This document shows positions 10,325 through 20,120 of a stretch of DNA of 64,000 nucleotides, piece by piece. A program made the translations under genes and the position numbers. The DNA is from an uncultured delta proteobacterium. Lineage in GTDB: Bacteria > Desulfobacterota > Desulfomonilia > Desulfomonilales > Desulfomonilaceae. How positions within the stretch are numbered: the first letter of the stretch is position 1; each line of letters opens with the position of its first letter. The notes under the pieces were generated by a model. That model saw only the letters and a program-made list of their open reading frames with translations, did no database searches and had not been told where the DNA came from. The stretch lies in assembly GCA_963789265.1 (NCBI GenBank), contig CAWBKB010000003.1, forward strand, positions 640,001 to 704,000. The letters run 5' to 3'.

Positions 10325-11684
10325 ATGACAACCAAAGCCTTTGAAATAAATTTTGACGGGCTGGTCGGTCCAACCCACAATTATGCCGGTCTCTCCTACG
10401 GGAATGTTGCCAGCATGAAACATGGTCTGACAGTTTCCAACCCAAAGGCAGCGGTGATTCAAGGACTTGACAAGATGAAGCTTTTGCTGGATCTTGGCCT
10501 GATTCAGGGAGTGCTGCCGCCTCATGAACGACCGGATATAAAAACACTCGGGCGTTTGGGCTTTGAAGGCTCGGACGATCAAATCTTGTCCGCGGCGGCA
10601 ATTAACGCTCCGTTCCTGCTGGCAGCCTGCTATAGCGCCTCAAGCATGTGGGCGGCCAATGCTGCCACTGTTTCGCCTAGCACCGATACAGCCGACGGCT
10701 TGGTTCATTTCACCCCGGCCAATCTAGTGAGCCAATTCCACCGGTCCCTCGAGCCCGAATTCACAGGTTTCTCTGCTCAAAAGGATTTTCAGTGATGAGA
10801 CGGCATTTGTTCATCATCGTCCCCTGCCTTTCGCTGCACACTTGTCTGACGAGGGGGCAGCCAATCATGTTCGTCTTTGCAGTCACTACGGAGAGCCAGG
10901 CATCGAGCTGTTCGTTTATGGAAGGAAGTCCTTTGACAGCTCCGACGGACAGCCTCGAGTTTTCCCGGCCCGGCAGACGCTGGAGGCCTCATCCGCTATA
11001 GCGAGACTGCACCGACTGGATCGCTCCAGGATGATCTTTGCTCGACAAAATCCGTCGGCAGTCGATGCCGGCGTATTTCACAACGATGTCATATCGGTTG
11101 GGAACGAAAATGTCTTTTTCTACCACGCACAAGCATTTGCCGATCCCGGGTCGATCATAAGAGAACTGAAGAACAAGTTTCGTGACTGTTGCAACGCGGC
11201 ATTGACGGCAATAGAAGTGTCATCGGACCAGGTATCCCTAAAGGACGCGGTAGAGTCGTTCCTCTTCAACAGTCAGTTGGTGACCCTACCCGACGAGACA
11301 ATGTGCTTGATCGCACCGTTAGAATGTGCCGAAAATAGGAAAACGGAGAGTCTGCTGCTGCAAATTGTCGCGGACACCGGCAATCACATCCAACATCTTC
11401 ACTATGCTGATATTCGCCAAAGCATGAAGAATGGCGGGGGGCCGGCATGCTTGAGACTCCGGGTGGTCCTCACGGAACGAGAAAAGGAGCTCGTGAACCC
11501 GGGTACCTACCTGACCGAGACGCTTTATAATAATTTGAGAGCCTGGGCAAATCGCTATTATCGGGATCGGCTGGAACCTGGGGATCTGACCGATCCGGCC
11601 CTCGTAAAGGAGACCAAGACCGCACTGGACGCGCTGACTCAGCTTCTGGATTTGGGATCTCTCTACAGTTTTCAAAAGGAATAA
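10325..11684 (+). CDS. astB: N-succinylarginine dihydrolase (frameshift near 10770)
   Basis: [47 protein letters not shown]. Confidence 0.93.
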
Positions 11685-11766
11685 TCGTGGCGATCCCCGA
11701 AAACCCGTTGAAGTTCGCTAAGTGACCCCAAACATCCGGATATGCCACTCATATAACCCTGAATTG

Positions 11767-12759
11767 TCATCTAGGATGCAATTTGAGTCTCTGGACCAAT
11801 CTCTCCACAATTTTATCAGCGAGAGTATCCATGAACTTGCCGGAAAGTTTTTCTACTACCTTGTCCACAATTTCATCGGCAATGGGTTCGCTGGAATCTT
11901 CCGTGCACACGACCACCGTGGAACCGCCGCTGAAATCTGCCACCACATCCCTTACCGGGCTCTCCAGGGTGCCCCCTTCCTGTGACGAGGCAAACCGGTT
12001 GGGCTGTGCCGGCTGGTTGGCTTGGCCCATGGGAACTTCACTTGCTGCACGGTCATTAGCCCTTATCGGTCGCTGAAGCGATTCTTCACGCAGCGATTTG
12101 GCAATGGCCCTGCTCTTCGATAAAATTCCGCCATCGTGGAGGTCCAGGTTTTCAAAGTCTTTTAAGTCGTAGCAGAAATCCGAGTTGATGTACTTGACAC
12201 GACATTCGACGCAATGTGACGGGATTTTGCAATTAACCGTCCCGGGGAGCCTCAGAACCGAATCAATGTCGACTTCGGTTTCGCACTGGAAGTAACTGTT
12301 AATTTTCCTAAGCAGGTTTTCCACGGATGCGGGATCGGTTATTTGGGTCACTTCCTTGAGGAGCCAATATAAGTGAACCCCCCAACCTGATTCCACAATG
12401 ATGGATGGAGGCAATGGAAAACTTCTGATCGCCTTGGCCGCATGAGAGTGCCCGAAAAAAAATCGATGCCTGCCCGAATAGCCTTCGGAGGTGAGATCCA
12501 TGCCGGCCCAGAGCGCAACCAGGTAGCGAATATGCCTTGAGTCGGGCTTCATACTTTCTCTGGGGCATACCCCAAAGTATACGTGCTGCTCTTCTTGATA
12601 CTGTTCCCGCGATAGTAATTCAAGGTTAGGGAAGAAGCGGGTGCTGATTTTGTGGTCCAGATGCCTGACGGCCCTGACTAGTATGAAGCCCTCACGCTTC
12701 GTGAAATATCGGTGGAAGAGTGCGTAAAGAAAGTCTTTCCTGGTAAGTCTGCCGCGCAT
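11767..12759 (-). CDS. RepB/AEP-like DNA primase-domain protein with a low-complexity C-terminal tail
   Basis: VYFGVCPR, LWAGMD, PSIIVESGWGVHLYWLL, DSVLRLPGTVNCK. Start could be 12789. Confidence 0.7.
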   Translation of the reverse strand: MRGRLTRKDFLYALFHRYFTKREGFILVRAVRHLDHKISTRFFPNLELLSREQYQEEQHVYFGVCPRESMKPDSRHIRYLVALWAGMDLTSEGYSGRHRFFFGHSHAAKAIRSFPLPPSIIVESGWGVHLYWLLKEVTQITDPASVENLLRKINSYFQCETEVDIDSVLRLPGTVNCKIPSHCVECRVKYINSDFCYDLKDFENLDLHDGGILSKSRAIAKSLREESLQRPIRANDRAASEVPMGQANQPAQPNRFASSQEGGTLESPVRDVVADFSGGSTVVVCTEDSSEPIADEIVDKVVEKLSGKFMDTLADKIVERLVQRLKLHPR

Positions 12760-13013
12760 AAAAGTCCTCAGGTTGGCGCAAGTGACCATTTTGGCGACAT
12801 TTTATTTCGCATATCGTAAAATGTCAACAATTACTCAATAAAATAAAGTACCTACTTTTTGAAGCTTGCCACAACTAGCCCGACTCGGCTCCGGAAGCGG
12901 CAAAATGGCTTTGTTCCGCCCCGTCTGGACAGGGTCCGAATATTGTGGTAGGAGATCGGAAGCGTTTCATCCCCTTGAAAGACCAAGGCTTGTATTGACG
13001 AAGGAGGCAAAGG

Positions 13014-13370
13014 ATGAAAAGAATTATTCTGGTTATTGCTGTGGTGGTATCGCTTGGTATTGTGTGCGGTATCTCTGCGCCACCGGCTTCTGCCTTTTGC
13101 TTAGGCGGAAATGGACTAGGTGGACTAGGCGGAAATGGACTAGGTGGACTAGGTGGACTAGGCGGACTATTTGGATCGTTTTGGGGCGGGACCACGTCCA
13201 ATTGCGGCTATGGCCATGGCTATGGTTATGGTGGTTATGGCTATGGTGGCTATGGTTACGGCTACGGAGTTCCCTATTACGGGGGGTATGGCTGTTGCCC
13301 ACCTCACCCTGGCAAAGTGTGGAAAAAAAGAGCCAAAGCGCATATGAAGAAAATGAAGAAAATGAAATAG
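13014..13370 (+). CDS. Secreted Gly/Tyr-rich small protein
   Basis: AGGAGG RBS, signal peptide ending ASA, GGNGLGGL and GYG repeats, Lys-rich tail. Confidence 0.75.
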   Translation: MKRIILVIAVVVSLGIVCGISAPPASAFCLGGNGLGGLGGNGLGGLGGLGGLFGSFWGGTTSNCGYGHGYGYGGYGYGGYGYGYGVPYYGGYGCCPPHPGKVWKKRAKAHMKKMKKMK

Positions 13371-13488
13371 CGACTGATTGCGAACGTACCCGGTCGAACG
13401 AGAACAGTTTAGAGTTTTCTGTTCCCACAGCTCTTTCAAGGGGATGAAGTCTCGCTGCTGCGGCCTGTGAGCCTGAAAGCTCACGGCT

Positions 13489-15193
13489 TCAGCGGGAATC
13501 CAGACCATGAATGGTCTCTTCAATTACAGAGACCCCGGAATCCAACGTGGCTGCGTCGAAGGCAAATTTTGCCCCCGCAGCCGCGAACAGAGCCGGTAGA
13601 GAGACCGTGCCTCCCAAAGCCAAGGCACGACGATAAGCCGCGACTCCGCCCTTCCGATCCGTCGAGGCATTTTTCCAGACCTGAACTGCACCCAGTTGCG
13701 CCAACCCATATTCAACGTAATAAAATGGGACAGTATGGATGTGAAGTTTCCGGTGCCAGCCGGAAGCTAGTTCCTGCTCCAGGCCGGTCCAATCCAACCA
13801 GGGCATGAAACGCTCGCATATATGCTTCCATTGAGCGTCACAACTGCCAGGCCGCCGCGCCTCCGAGAGATTCTCATAGACCCAGTGCTGAAAGGCGTCC
13901 ACCACAGCCATGAACGGCCAGAACAGAATCGACCGTTCCAGTTGTTCCACCCGCGCGCGTGCTGCATCGGCACTGGAATAGAAGCCGCCATCTTCAGTAG
14001 CCAGGTATGGTGAGGCCAGCAGTTCCATCGCCATGGATGCAACCTCGGAAAATTCCATTCCTACCTGTCGCTGCTGATAATAGGGCAGCCCGTTTCTTTC
14101 GAACGTGTGAAAGGCGTGGCCGGATTCATGCATCAAGGTTTGGACGTCATCGTGAATACCCACCGAATTCATGAATATGAACGGCCTTTTGGACATGGCA
14201 AATTCAGTGCAATAACCACCGGGAGCCTTGTTTTTCCGATTGTCCAAGTCCAGTAGGCTCTCCTGAACCATGGTGTCAAAGTAGCCTCCCAACTCCGGAT
14301 CGAGGCGGTGAAAAATCGTCGCAACTCCGGTCTGAAGCTCCGCGACATCATGGAAGGGAGTCAAAGGTGGTCTCCCCAACGTGTCCACTTCCAGGTCCCA
14401 GGGGCGAAGTTTTGGAAGTCTCAGAAGCTTCCGTCGCCGCTCACAAATGCGAGTTGCTGCCGGAACCACGACCTTCTCAATCGCATCATGGAAGCTTTTG
14501 CAATCCTCGGGGGTATAATCGAAGCGGAGCAGTTGTTTCCATCGGTACGATCTATAGTCATCGAAGCCGGCATTTGTTGCGAGCTTTTCTCGGAGGTTGA
14601 TGAACTCCTCCCAGAGGGCGTCAATCGATTCACGATCTTCCAACTGTCGTTGCGCGGCAAGGCGCCACGCGGATTCTCGGAGAGGCCGATCAATGTTCTG
14701 GAACACCGGCCTCAATTGAACGACGGTGACTTCCCTGCCCTCCCACTCCACTGTCTGGGCACCGATGATCTTGTCATACTCCATACAGAGCTTGTGTTCG
14801 CGGATCAGTAGAGGGAGGTTTTCTTCCAGGTATATCTGAGCCTCGGTGCGGATTTTGAGCAGAGGCACTTCAAAGCCGGCTGGTACCGAGTCCCGGGTCA
14901 AGAGCTTATGTTTCAGCTTTTGCTCGGCATCCTCGGAACGAGGATAAACTTCGTCCAGGAAGGCGTGATACCGTTGCTTAGCATTCTCGTCGGCTGTGTT
15001 GACTGTCGTCGCGACGTGCAGACGGCTGTAGCATTCGTCGATTACCTCGCTGAGACGGGTCCAGTCGGCAAGAAACTCGGCAACGGATTCAGAGGAGAGC
15101 GGGCGCCGGATAAGATCGGCGTAGTATGGTTCGAAGTAAGCCCATGACCAATCTATGAGTTCTCTTCGCATCCTTGGGCAAGGAGTCAAACAC
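13489..15193 (-). CDS. M3-family oligoendopeptidase (probable frameshift near the N-terminus)
   Basis: HESGH zinc motif, KAPGGYC, EFSEVASM. GGAGG RBS precedes the GTG at 15193. Confidence 0.9.
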
Positions 15194-15207
15194 GGCGACC
15201 TCCATTA

Positions 15208-15394
15208 TCCACCGCAGAGCACGTCGAGAACGCGGAGAGAAAAAATAGCGTAAGCAGGATCAGATTGGCAATCGGGCACCTTGCCCGGCTCACGTAGATC
15301 GGTAACTGGATATTCTCGAATCCGCCGAATCGCGTGCTAGCGAAGAACTGGGGGGAACGGCTTTCTCTCCGTTCTCCGCGATCTCCGCGGTGGA
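15208..15394. repeat. Inverted pair of (C)GCAGAG/GCGGAG-iterated repeats, MITE-like
   Basis: TCCACCGCAGAGCACGTCGAGAACGCGGAGAGAAA versus the reverse complement TCCACCGCGGAGATCGCGGAGAACGGAGAGAAA. Confidence 0.65.
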
Positions 15395-15405
15395 ATATAA
15401 CACTA

Positions 15406-15660
15406 TCAGTTTTCCTCCTTGTGTGAAATGACTTCTTTAGCAGCCGTAAGGATGCCCCCCCCGGTCAGAACATTTTGTCGCTTCAGGTCCGTGACGTGGT
15501 CCTTGAAGTATTGCGTATAATAATGATCGGGCCCGAACTCGTCGGCCAGAAACTCGAATGCCTCCTTTTTCCATTGGTAGACGGCCCTGATGTCTAAGTC
15601 TTCTTCTATTACGTTCCACGCTGCTTCGATCAAATTGTCGATTTTCCTAACAGACGTCAT
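15406..15660 (-). CDS. Small hypothetical protein (84 aa)
   Basis: GGAGGGG RBS, protein-like composition (LIEAAWNVI..FGPDHYYTQYF), upstream sigma-54 site. Confidence 0.75.
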   Translation of the reverse strand: MTSVRKIDNLIEAAWNVIEEDLDIRAVYQWKKEAFEFLADEFGPDHYYTQYFKDHVTDLKRQNVLTGGGILTAAKEVISHKEEN

Positions 15661-15897
15661 GGCCCCTCCAGTCTCTTCGGCCCTAAGAACACAAGGCCGG
15701 AATCCGTTAAGGGCAAACTTCAATAAAAGTATACAAACCGGTCGACTCATTCTGGCATTGTGACGTTCAATAGGCGTTCAAGCGGTTCCTACTAAATTTT
15801 GTCGCGGTTTGTCTCACTGAAATCCCTCTCCCTTAACATTAGTGCCAAGAGGGTACTAGCTTGTTGGTAGCGTTCCACCATGTTTCTCTATTGTGAC

Positions 15898-15915
15898 AAG
15901 CAATGGTCGTGCCAA
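15898..15915 (-). promoter_or_regulatory. Sigma-54 (-24/-12) promoter
   Basis: The minus strand reads TTGGCAC-GACCA-TTGCTT, a consensus match. Confidence 0.75.
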
Positions 15916-16379
15916 ATAGTGTTAATGCGCGATAAAACAAAATTAATTACGGTGAAGGTATTTTGTAATCCACGAACAATAAGCTAAATATTTTCGCACT
16001 AATTTGTATATCAGGTGTGGTTGTGGGAAATATTTTCGCACCGCCGCTGACGATGTAAAGGGTCGTGGGACAATTCAGGTATGCCCGGCATCCGGAATCG
16101 ACCGAAATCATCCCGAATTCAAGTCAGGGACTTGCCCGTTCCCGATTTTTCTTGACGATCTGCATTGATCCGGCGTATCTGTTTAAGCGGTGCAGAAGTC
16201 ATTTCATCTTCGGACCCGGGTTTCATTGCTCCATCCAGGGTCTTGAACCGGGCCGCTTTTGGTTCCCATCGAACGCGGGACGGGCTGACAAGCGCCCGGG
16301 AATACAGCACAGATCGCCAAGGGCTCCGGTCAATCAAACGCTTAACCATCACGGTCTGCTCGACAAGGGAGGGAAGTTC

Positions 16380-19300
16380 ATGCAGGTGAGGATTCTACAA
16401 CTTCTCGGGGACACACTCCGTTTTCGTGACCAATCCTATAAAGAGCTTGCTTCGCGATCAATCGACGCGGATGAACTGAGCCGCTTGCTTCACGACGCCG
16501 AGCGGGACTATAAGCTGACCCACGGGACTCGGAAAGCCAACGTAACCGGTTTGGTGGAGCACGGCAGGCGGCTGTATCGCTGGCTCGACGGCACAGAGCA
16601 GTGGCTGGGCGGATTGCGCAAGGACGACAGTCTGGTCCTGCACATTGATGTTGAATCCAAGCTGCGCCTGCTCCCCTGGGAGTTGCTCTGCGAGGCCCAG
16701 TTCCTTTGTGCGAATCCTTACCACCTGTTCACCCCCGTGCACCGGGTGGGTCTAAAACACCAAACGTCATCACGCGCCCCAAAATCCGACCCTGCTCCTC
16801 AGAACCGGCCGTTACGCGTCCTGTTTATGGCAGCCTCGGCAGAAGGCGTTGAGCCGGAACTGCTCTTTGAGGAAGAGGAGAGAATGATCCTCGAGATTAC
16901 TCGTGACCAGCCAATAGATCTGGTGGTGGAAGAATCAGGTTGTTTGAAATGGTTGGCCAAACGGATCGCGGACAACTACCAGGGCCATTTTGATGTGGCC
17001 CACTTTACAGGCCATGCGCACCAGACCCCGGATGGTCCGAGATTCGTACTCGAAGACGAATTCGGCTGGCCGTACGAAGCCAATGCCAGGGAGATTGCCG
17101 ATGCCTTCCAGGGCAGGTATCCCCGACTGTTGTTCCTTTCCGGCTGCGAAACCGCCAGGCCCTCGCGGGCCGGCGATAAGCCCTCCCTGGCCGAGGAATT
17201 GATTAAGGCGGGCTTCCCCGCGGTGCTCGGCTGGGCTCTGCCGGTGGGCGATGTAGACGCGAGTAAGATTGCATCCGTGTTGTACGAGCGTCTCGCGGTC
17301 GGTGATCCGCTGGCCCGGGCAGTAGCTGCCGCGCGGCAGAAGCTCCTGGAGACAGGCTCGACCGACTGGCACCTCTTACGACTTTACGCGGACGACACAC
17401 CGTTGACGGCTCTGGTTACCCCAAAGAACACGCCGGCTCGGGAGCGGATAAAATCAAAAGCTGCCCGAGCTGAATTCCTCGATTTCGGCAGTAAGATGGA
17501 AGTTTGCTCCAGAGAGAATTTCGTCGGGCGGCGCAGACTGATTCAACGGGGTTTGCGAATTTTGGGTTCCACCCAGGGTCAGGAAAACTACGCAGAGGGT
17601 GCATTGCTGACCGGCATGGGCGGGCTGGGCAAATCCAGCTTAGCTGCTCGACTGGCCGATCGAATGCTGGATTTCCAGCGTGTGGTCATCGTGGGCGCCC
17701 TGGATGAGTCTGCGTTGCAGGCTGAATTGAGGCGACAGCTTCGCGATAAGGCAGTGCGAGAGGCGCTGGAGATGGAAGAGCCACTGGACCTGTGGCTTAT
17801 AGACATCCTGGATGCGGCTGAAAAGCCTATTCTGTTCATTTTTGACGATTTCGAGAAAAACCGGCAAGAGGATGACTTCGACGGCTTCCGGCCGACTCCT
17901 GTTGCTTCCACAATACTCCACGCGCTCGCTCGTGCGATCCGGGAGACTGCTTCACCCTGTAGAATAGTCGTTACCTGCCGCTATCGTTTCGAGTTGGCGC
18001 GGCCGTTCAGCCTCGGTGAAGTTCCACTGTTAACCATGCGGGATGTGGAGCTTCAAAAGAAGCTGCGTCTGCTGCGACAATTCCATCCGAAAATACGGGA
18101 GGAGCTTGAGCCGGAAGCCCTCGAGGTTGCCGCTGGAAACCCCCGATTATTGGATCGGCTGTATCCTCTGCTCAAAATCGGCAAAATTGACCCCGCAGGT
18201 ATCCTGAAGGAAATAGCCAAGGTTGACGCGGAGTTTCGAGAAGATGCCTTGCTTGAAACATTGGTGGCCGCTCAAACCCCTGGGGCCCGCCGACTGCTGG
18301 CAATCGCACTGCTCATCGGCATCCCGCTTTATGCCAAAGAGCTTACAGAAATCATCCCCGAACTTCGCAAGGAATATCTTGAGCAGACTACAGCAACCGG
18401 ACTGCTCGAACATTTTACCCTTATCGAAGACCAGCAGTGGTACTATGCTTCCCCGCTGCTGGCACCGTATCTGAAAGGAACGCTTAAGAAGAAGGAAGTG
18501 AACACAATCAGCGGCCTTGCCGCGCGGGTGCTGTACAAGACACGTTGGGAGGATGACGGGCAACTTAACGATGCAATAGCTCTAGTCACACGTGAACTAG
18601 CCCTGGCAGGTGGGGAGACCGACATAGCTGCCGCGATTGTTGAATGGCTCTGCCTGCGCTGGATCGACCGTGCCGCGTACCGGTCAGTTAAAGATCTCTG
18701 TGAAGATACCCTTAAATATCTGGAAGACTACCGTGTTCTACACGAATTGGCCCGGGCGGAAGTGGTACTTGGCGACACGGCCGAAGCAGAAGAGCACTAC
18801 AGGCTCGCACTCGCGGTTTGTCCGCCTGTCCGCCCCGATAGCCCGAATATTGAGCTTTCGGATCGCTCTGCACTTCTCCACAATCTCGCGGGACTGCGTC
18901 TGACGCTTGGGAATCCTGAGAAGGCCATGGACCTCTGGCAACAGTCTCTGGAGATCGAGGACCAGATCGGCAACCTACAGGGCAAGGCCGCTACCCTGCA
19001 CGAGATGGCTGGGGTCTTTGCGGACCAGGGGGAGATTAAGAGGGCCATGGAGCTTTGGCAGCAGTCTCTGGAGATTGCGGAGCAGATCGGCAACGTAGAG
19101 GGCAAGGCCGCTACCCTTAACAACATGGCGGGAGTCCTTGCGAATCAGGGAGAGATTGAGCAGGCCATGGGGCTCTGGCAGCAGTCTCTGGAGATTGCGG
19201 AGCAGATCGGCGACGTAGAGGGCAAGGCCGCTACCCTGCACAATATGGCGGGAGTCCTTGCGCAAAAGGGAGAGATTGAGCAGGCCATGGGGCTCTGGCA

Positions 19301-19874
19301 GCAGTCTATTGATATTGAAGAGCAGATCGGCAACCTAAAGGGCAAGGCCGCTACCCTGCACAATATGGCCTGGGCCGCAGGCCAACAGGACCTGGTGGAT
19401 GAAGAGATGAAGCTGTATGGAGAGGCCGCGGCGATCCTTGCCGGAATCCGTGCCTGGCCTGATTTAGTAACCGTGCTTGGCAACATGGGAGGGCACTTTG
19501 CCTTGCAGGCCCTGTGGCTGGGGCTCCGCGTCCTAATTCCCGCAGACGATCTGTTGGGATTGGGACAAACAGTGTTCATGGAATGGAAACCGGAATCTGA
19601 GGCCGCTCTGTTATTGGCAGCCGCCTTGCACTATTTGATTGTTACCCGTTATGAAGACCATCCAAAGCAGGACGAGTTGTCGAAATCAACGGCATCGCTC
19701 TTGGCTGCCTGTGCTGCGACAAAAGAAATCGCCCCTGAGCAGATCCAGAATTGGGTGGAGAGCGAACGATTAACTGATCCTGATTTCTTCATGCCTGCGT
19801 TGGATAAAGCCTTGCGGGAGAGGATACCTCAGGATTCATGGATGTTCGACACGGCGCTATTCGACACTGAATAG
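16380..19874 (+). CDS. CHAT (caspase-like) protease - STAND/AAA ATPase - TPR protein
   Basis: LPWELL, HFTGHA and LSGCET (His/Cys dyad), FVGR, GMGGLGKS, FIFDDFE, GNPRLL, 40-aa TPR repeats. Confidence 0.88.
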   Translation: MQVRILQLLGDTLRFRDQSYKELASRSIDADELSRLLHDAERDYKLTHGTRKANVTGLVEHGRRLYRWLDGTEQWLGGLRKDDSLVLHIDVESKLRLLPWELLCEAQFLCANPYHLFTPVHRVGLKHQTSSRAPKSDPAPQNRPLRVLFMAASAEGVEPELLFEEEERMILEITRDQPIDLVVEESGCLKWLAKRIADNYQGHFDVAHFTGHAHQTPDGPRFVLEDEFGWPYEANAREIADAFQGRYPRLLFLSGCETARPSRAGDKPSLAEELIKAGFPAVLGWALPVGDVDASKIASVLYERLAVGDPLARAVAAARQKLLETGSTDWHLLRLYADDTPLTALVTPKNTPARERIKSKAARAEFLDFGSKMEVCSRENFVGRRRLIQRGLRILGSTQGQENYAEGALLTGMGGLGKSSLAARLADRMLDFQRVVIVGALDESALQAELRRQLRDKAVREALEMEEPLDLWLIDILDAAEKPILFIFDDFEKNRQEDDFDGFRPTPVASTILHALARAIRETASPCRIVVTCRYRFELARPFSLGEVPLLTMRDVELQKKLRLLRQFHPKIREELEPEALEVAAGNPRLLDRLYPLLKIGKIDPAGILKEIAKVDAEFREDALLETLVAAQTPGARRLLAIALLIGIPLYAKELTEIIPELRKEYLEQTTATGLLEHFTLIEDQQWYYASPLLAPYLKGTLKKKEVNTISGLAARVLYKTRWEDDGQLNDAIALVTRELALAGGETDIAAAIVEWLCLRWIDRAAYRSVKDLCEDTLKYLEDYRVLHELARAEVVLGDTAEAEEHYRLALAVCPPVRPDSPNIELSDRSALLHNLAGLRLTLGNPEKAMDLWQQSLEIEDQIGNLQGKAATLHEMAGVFADQGEIKRAMELWQQSLEIAEQIGNVEGKAATLNNMAGVLANQGEIEQAMGLWQQSLEIAEQIGDVEGKAATLHNMAGVLAQKGEIEQAMGLWQQSIDIEEQIGNLKGKAATLHNMAWAAGQQDLVDEEMKLYGEAAAILAGIRAWPDLVTVLGNMGGHFALQALWLGLRVLIPADDLLGLGQTVFMEWKPESEAALLLAAALHYLIVTRYEDHPKQDELSKSTASLLAACAATKEIAPEQIQNWVESERLTDPDFFMPALDKALRERIPQDSWMFDTALFDTE
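18921..19370 (+). repeat. About 3.75 near-identical 120-bp tandem repeats encoding TPRs
   Basis: GGCCATGG..TGGCAGCAGTCTCTGGAGAT..CAGATCGGC..GGCAAGGCCGCTACCCT recurs every 120 bp. Confidence 0.9.
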
Positions 19875-19924
19875 GTCATTGGCCCGGAGGGACGTTCCGC
19901 CAGGGCGGGACTACTCTCGATTCG

Positions 19925-19968
19925 GTATCCGGGGGTGACGAATGACCGGCAGGATGCCGGCCCCACTG
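19925..19968 (-). repeat. Partial GTGG-type REP, related to 62531
   Basis: The reverse complement AGTGGGGCCGGCATCCTGCCGGTCATTCGTCACCCCCGGA resembles 62531-62569. Confidence 0.65.
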
Positions 19969-20120
19969 ATGAGACGATTCTACGAGATCCGGGATCGTAT
20001 CGGTCTGCTCAAGGACGAACTGAGCTGAGTGCCACTCTTCGAGAACGAATTGCTATGAAAACTGTTTCCGGCCCGGTATTGTTCACCGAGTTCCGTTCGC
20101 GGGCACTGAAGCCATCCGCG

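Noticed and set aside
7731..11684. Programmed frameshifting or pseudogenisation of astA/astD/astB
   Set aside because: No common slippery motif, and similar indels hit unrelated genes including rpmA.
11767..12759. Prophage or plasmid replicon around the primase-like gene
   Set aside because: No integrase, helicase, structural genes or att-like repeats; the flanking genes are metabolic.
18921..19370. CRISPR array or DGR template/variable repeats
   Set aside because: Contiguous in-frame 120-bp coding repeats with no spacers. Differences are not adenine-specific, and no cas or reverse transcriptase gene is present.
16380..19874. Craspase (type III-E) or gasdermin-protease system
   Set aside because: No Cas7-11, Csx30/31, CRISPR array or recognisable gasdermin gene in the window.
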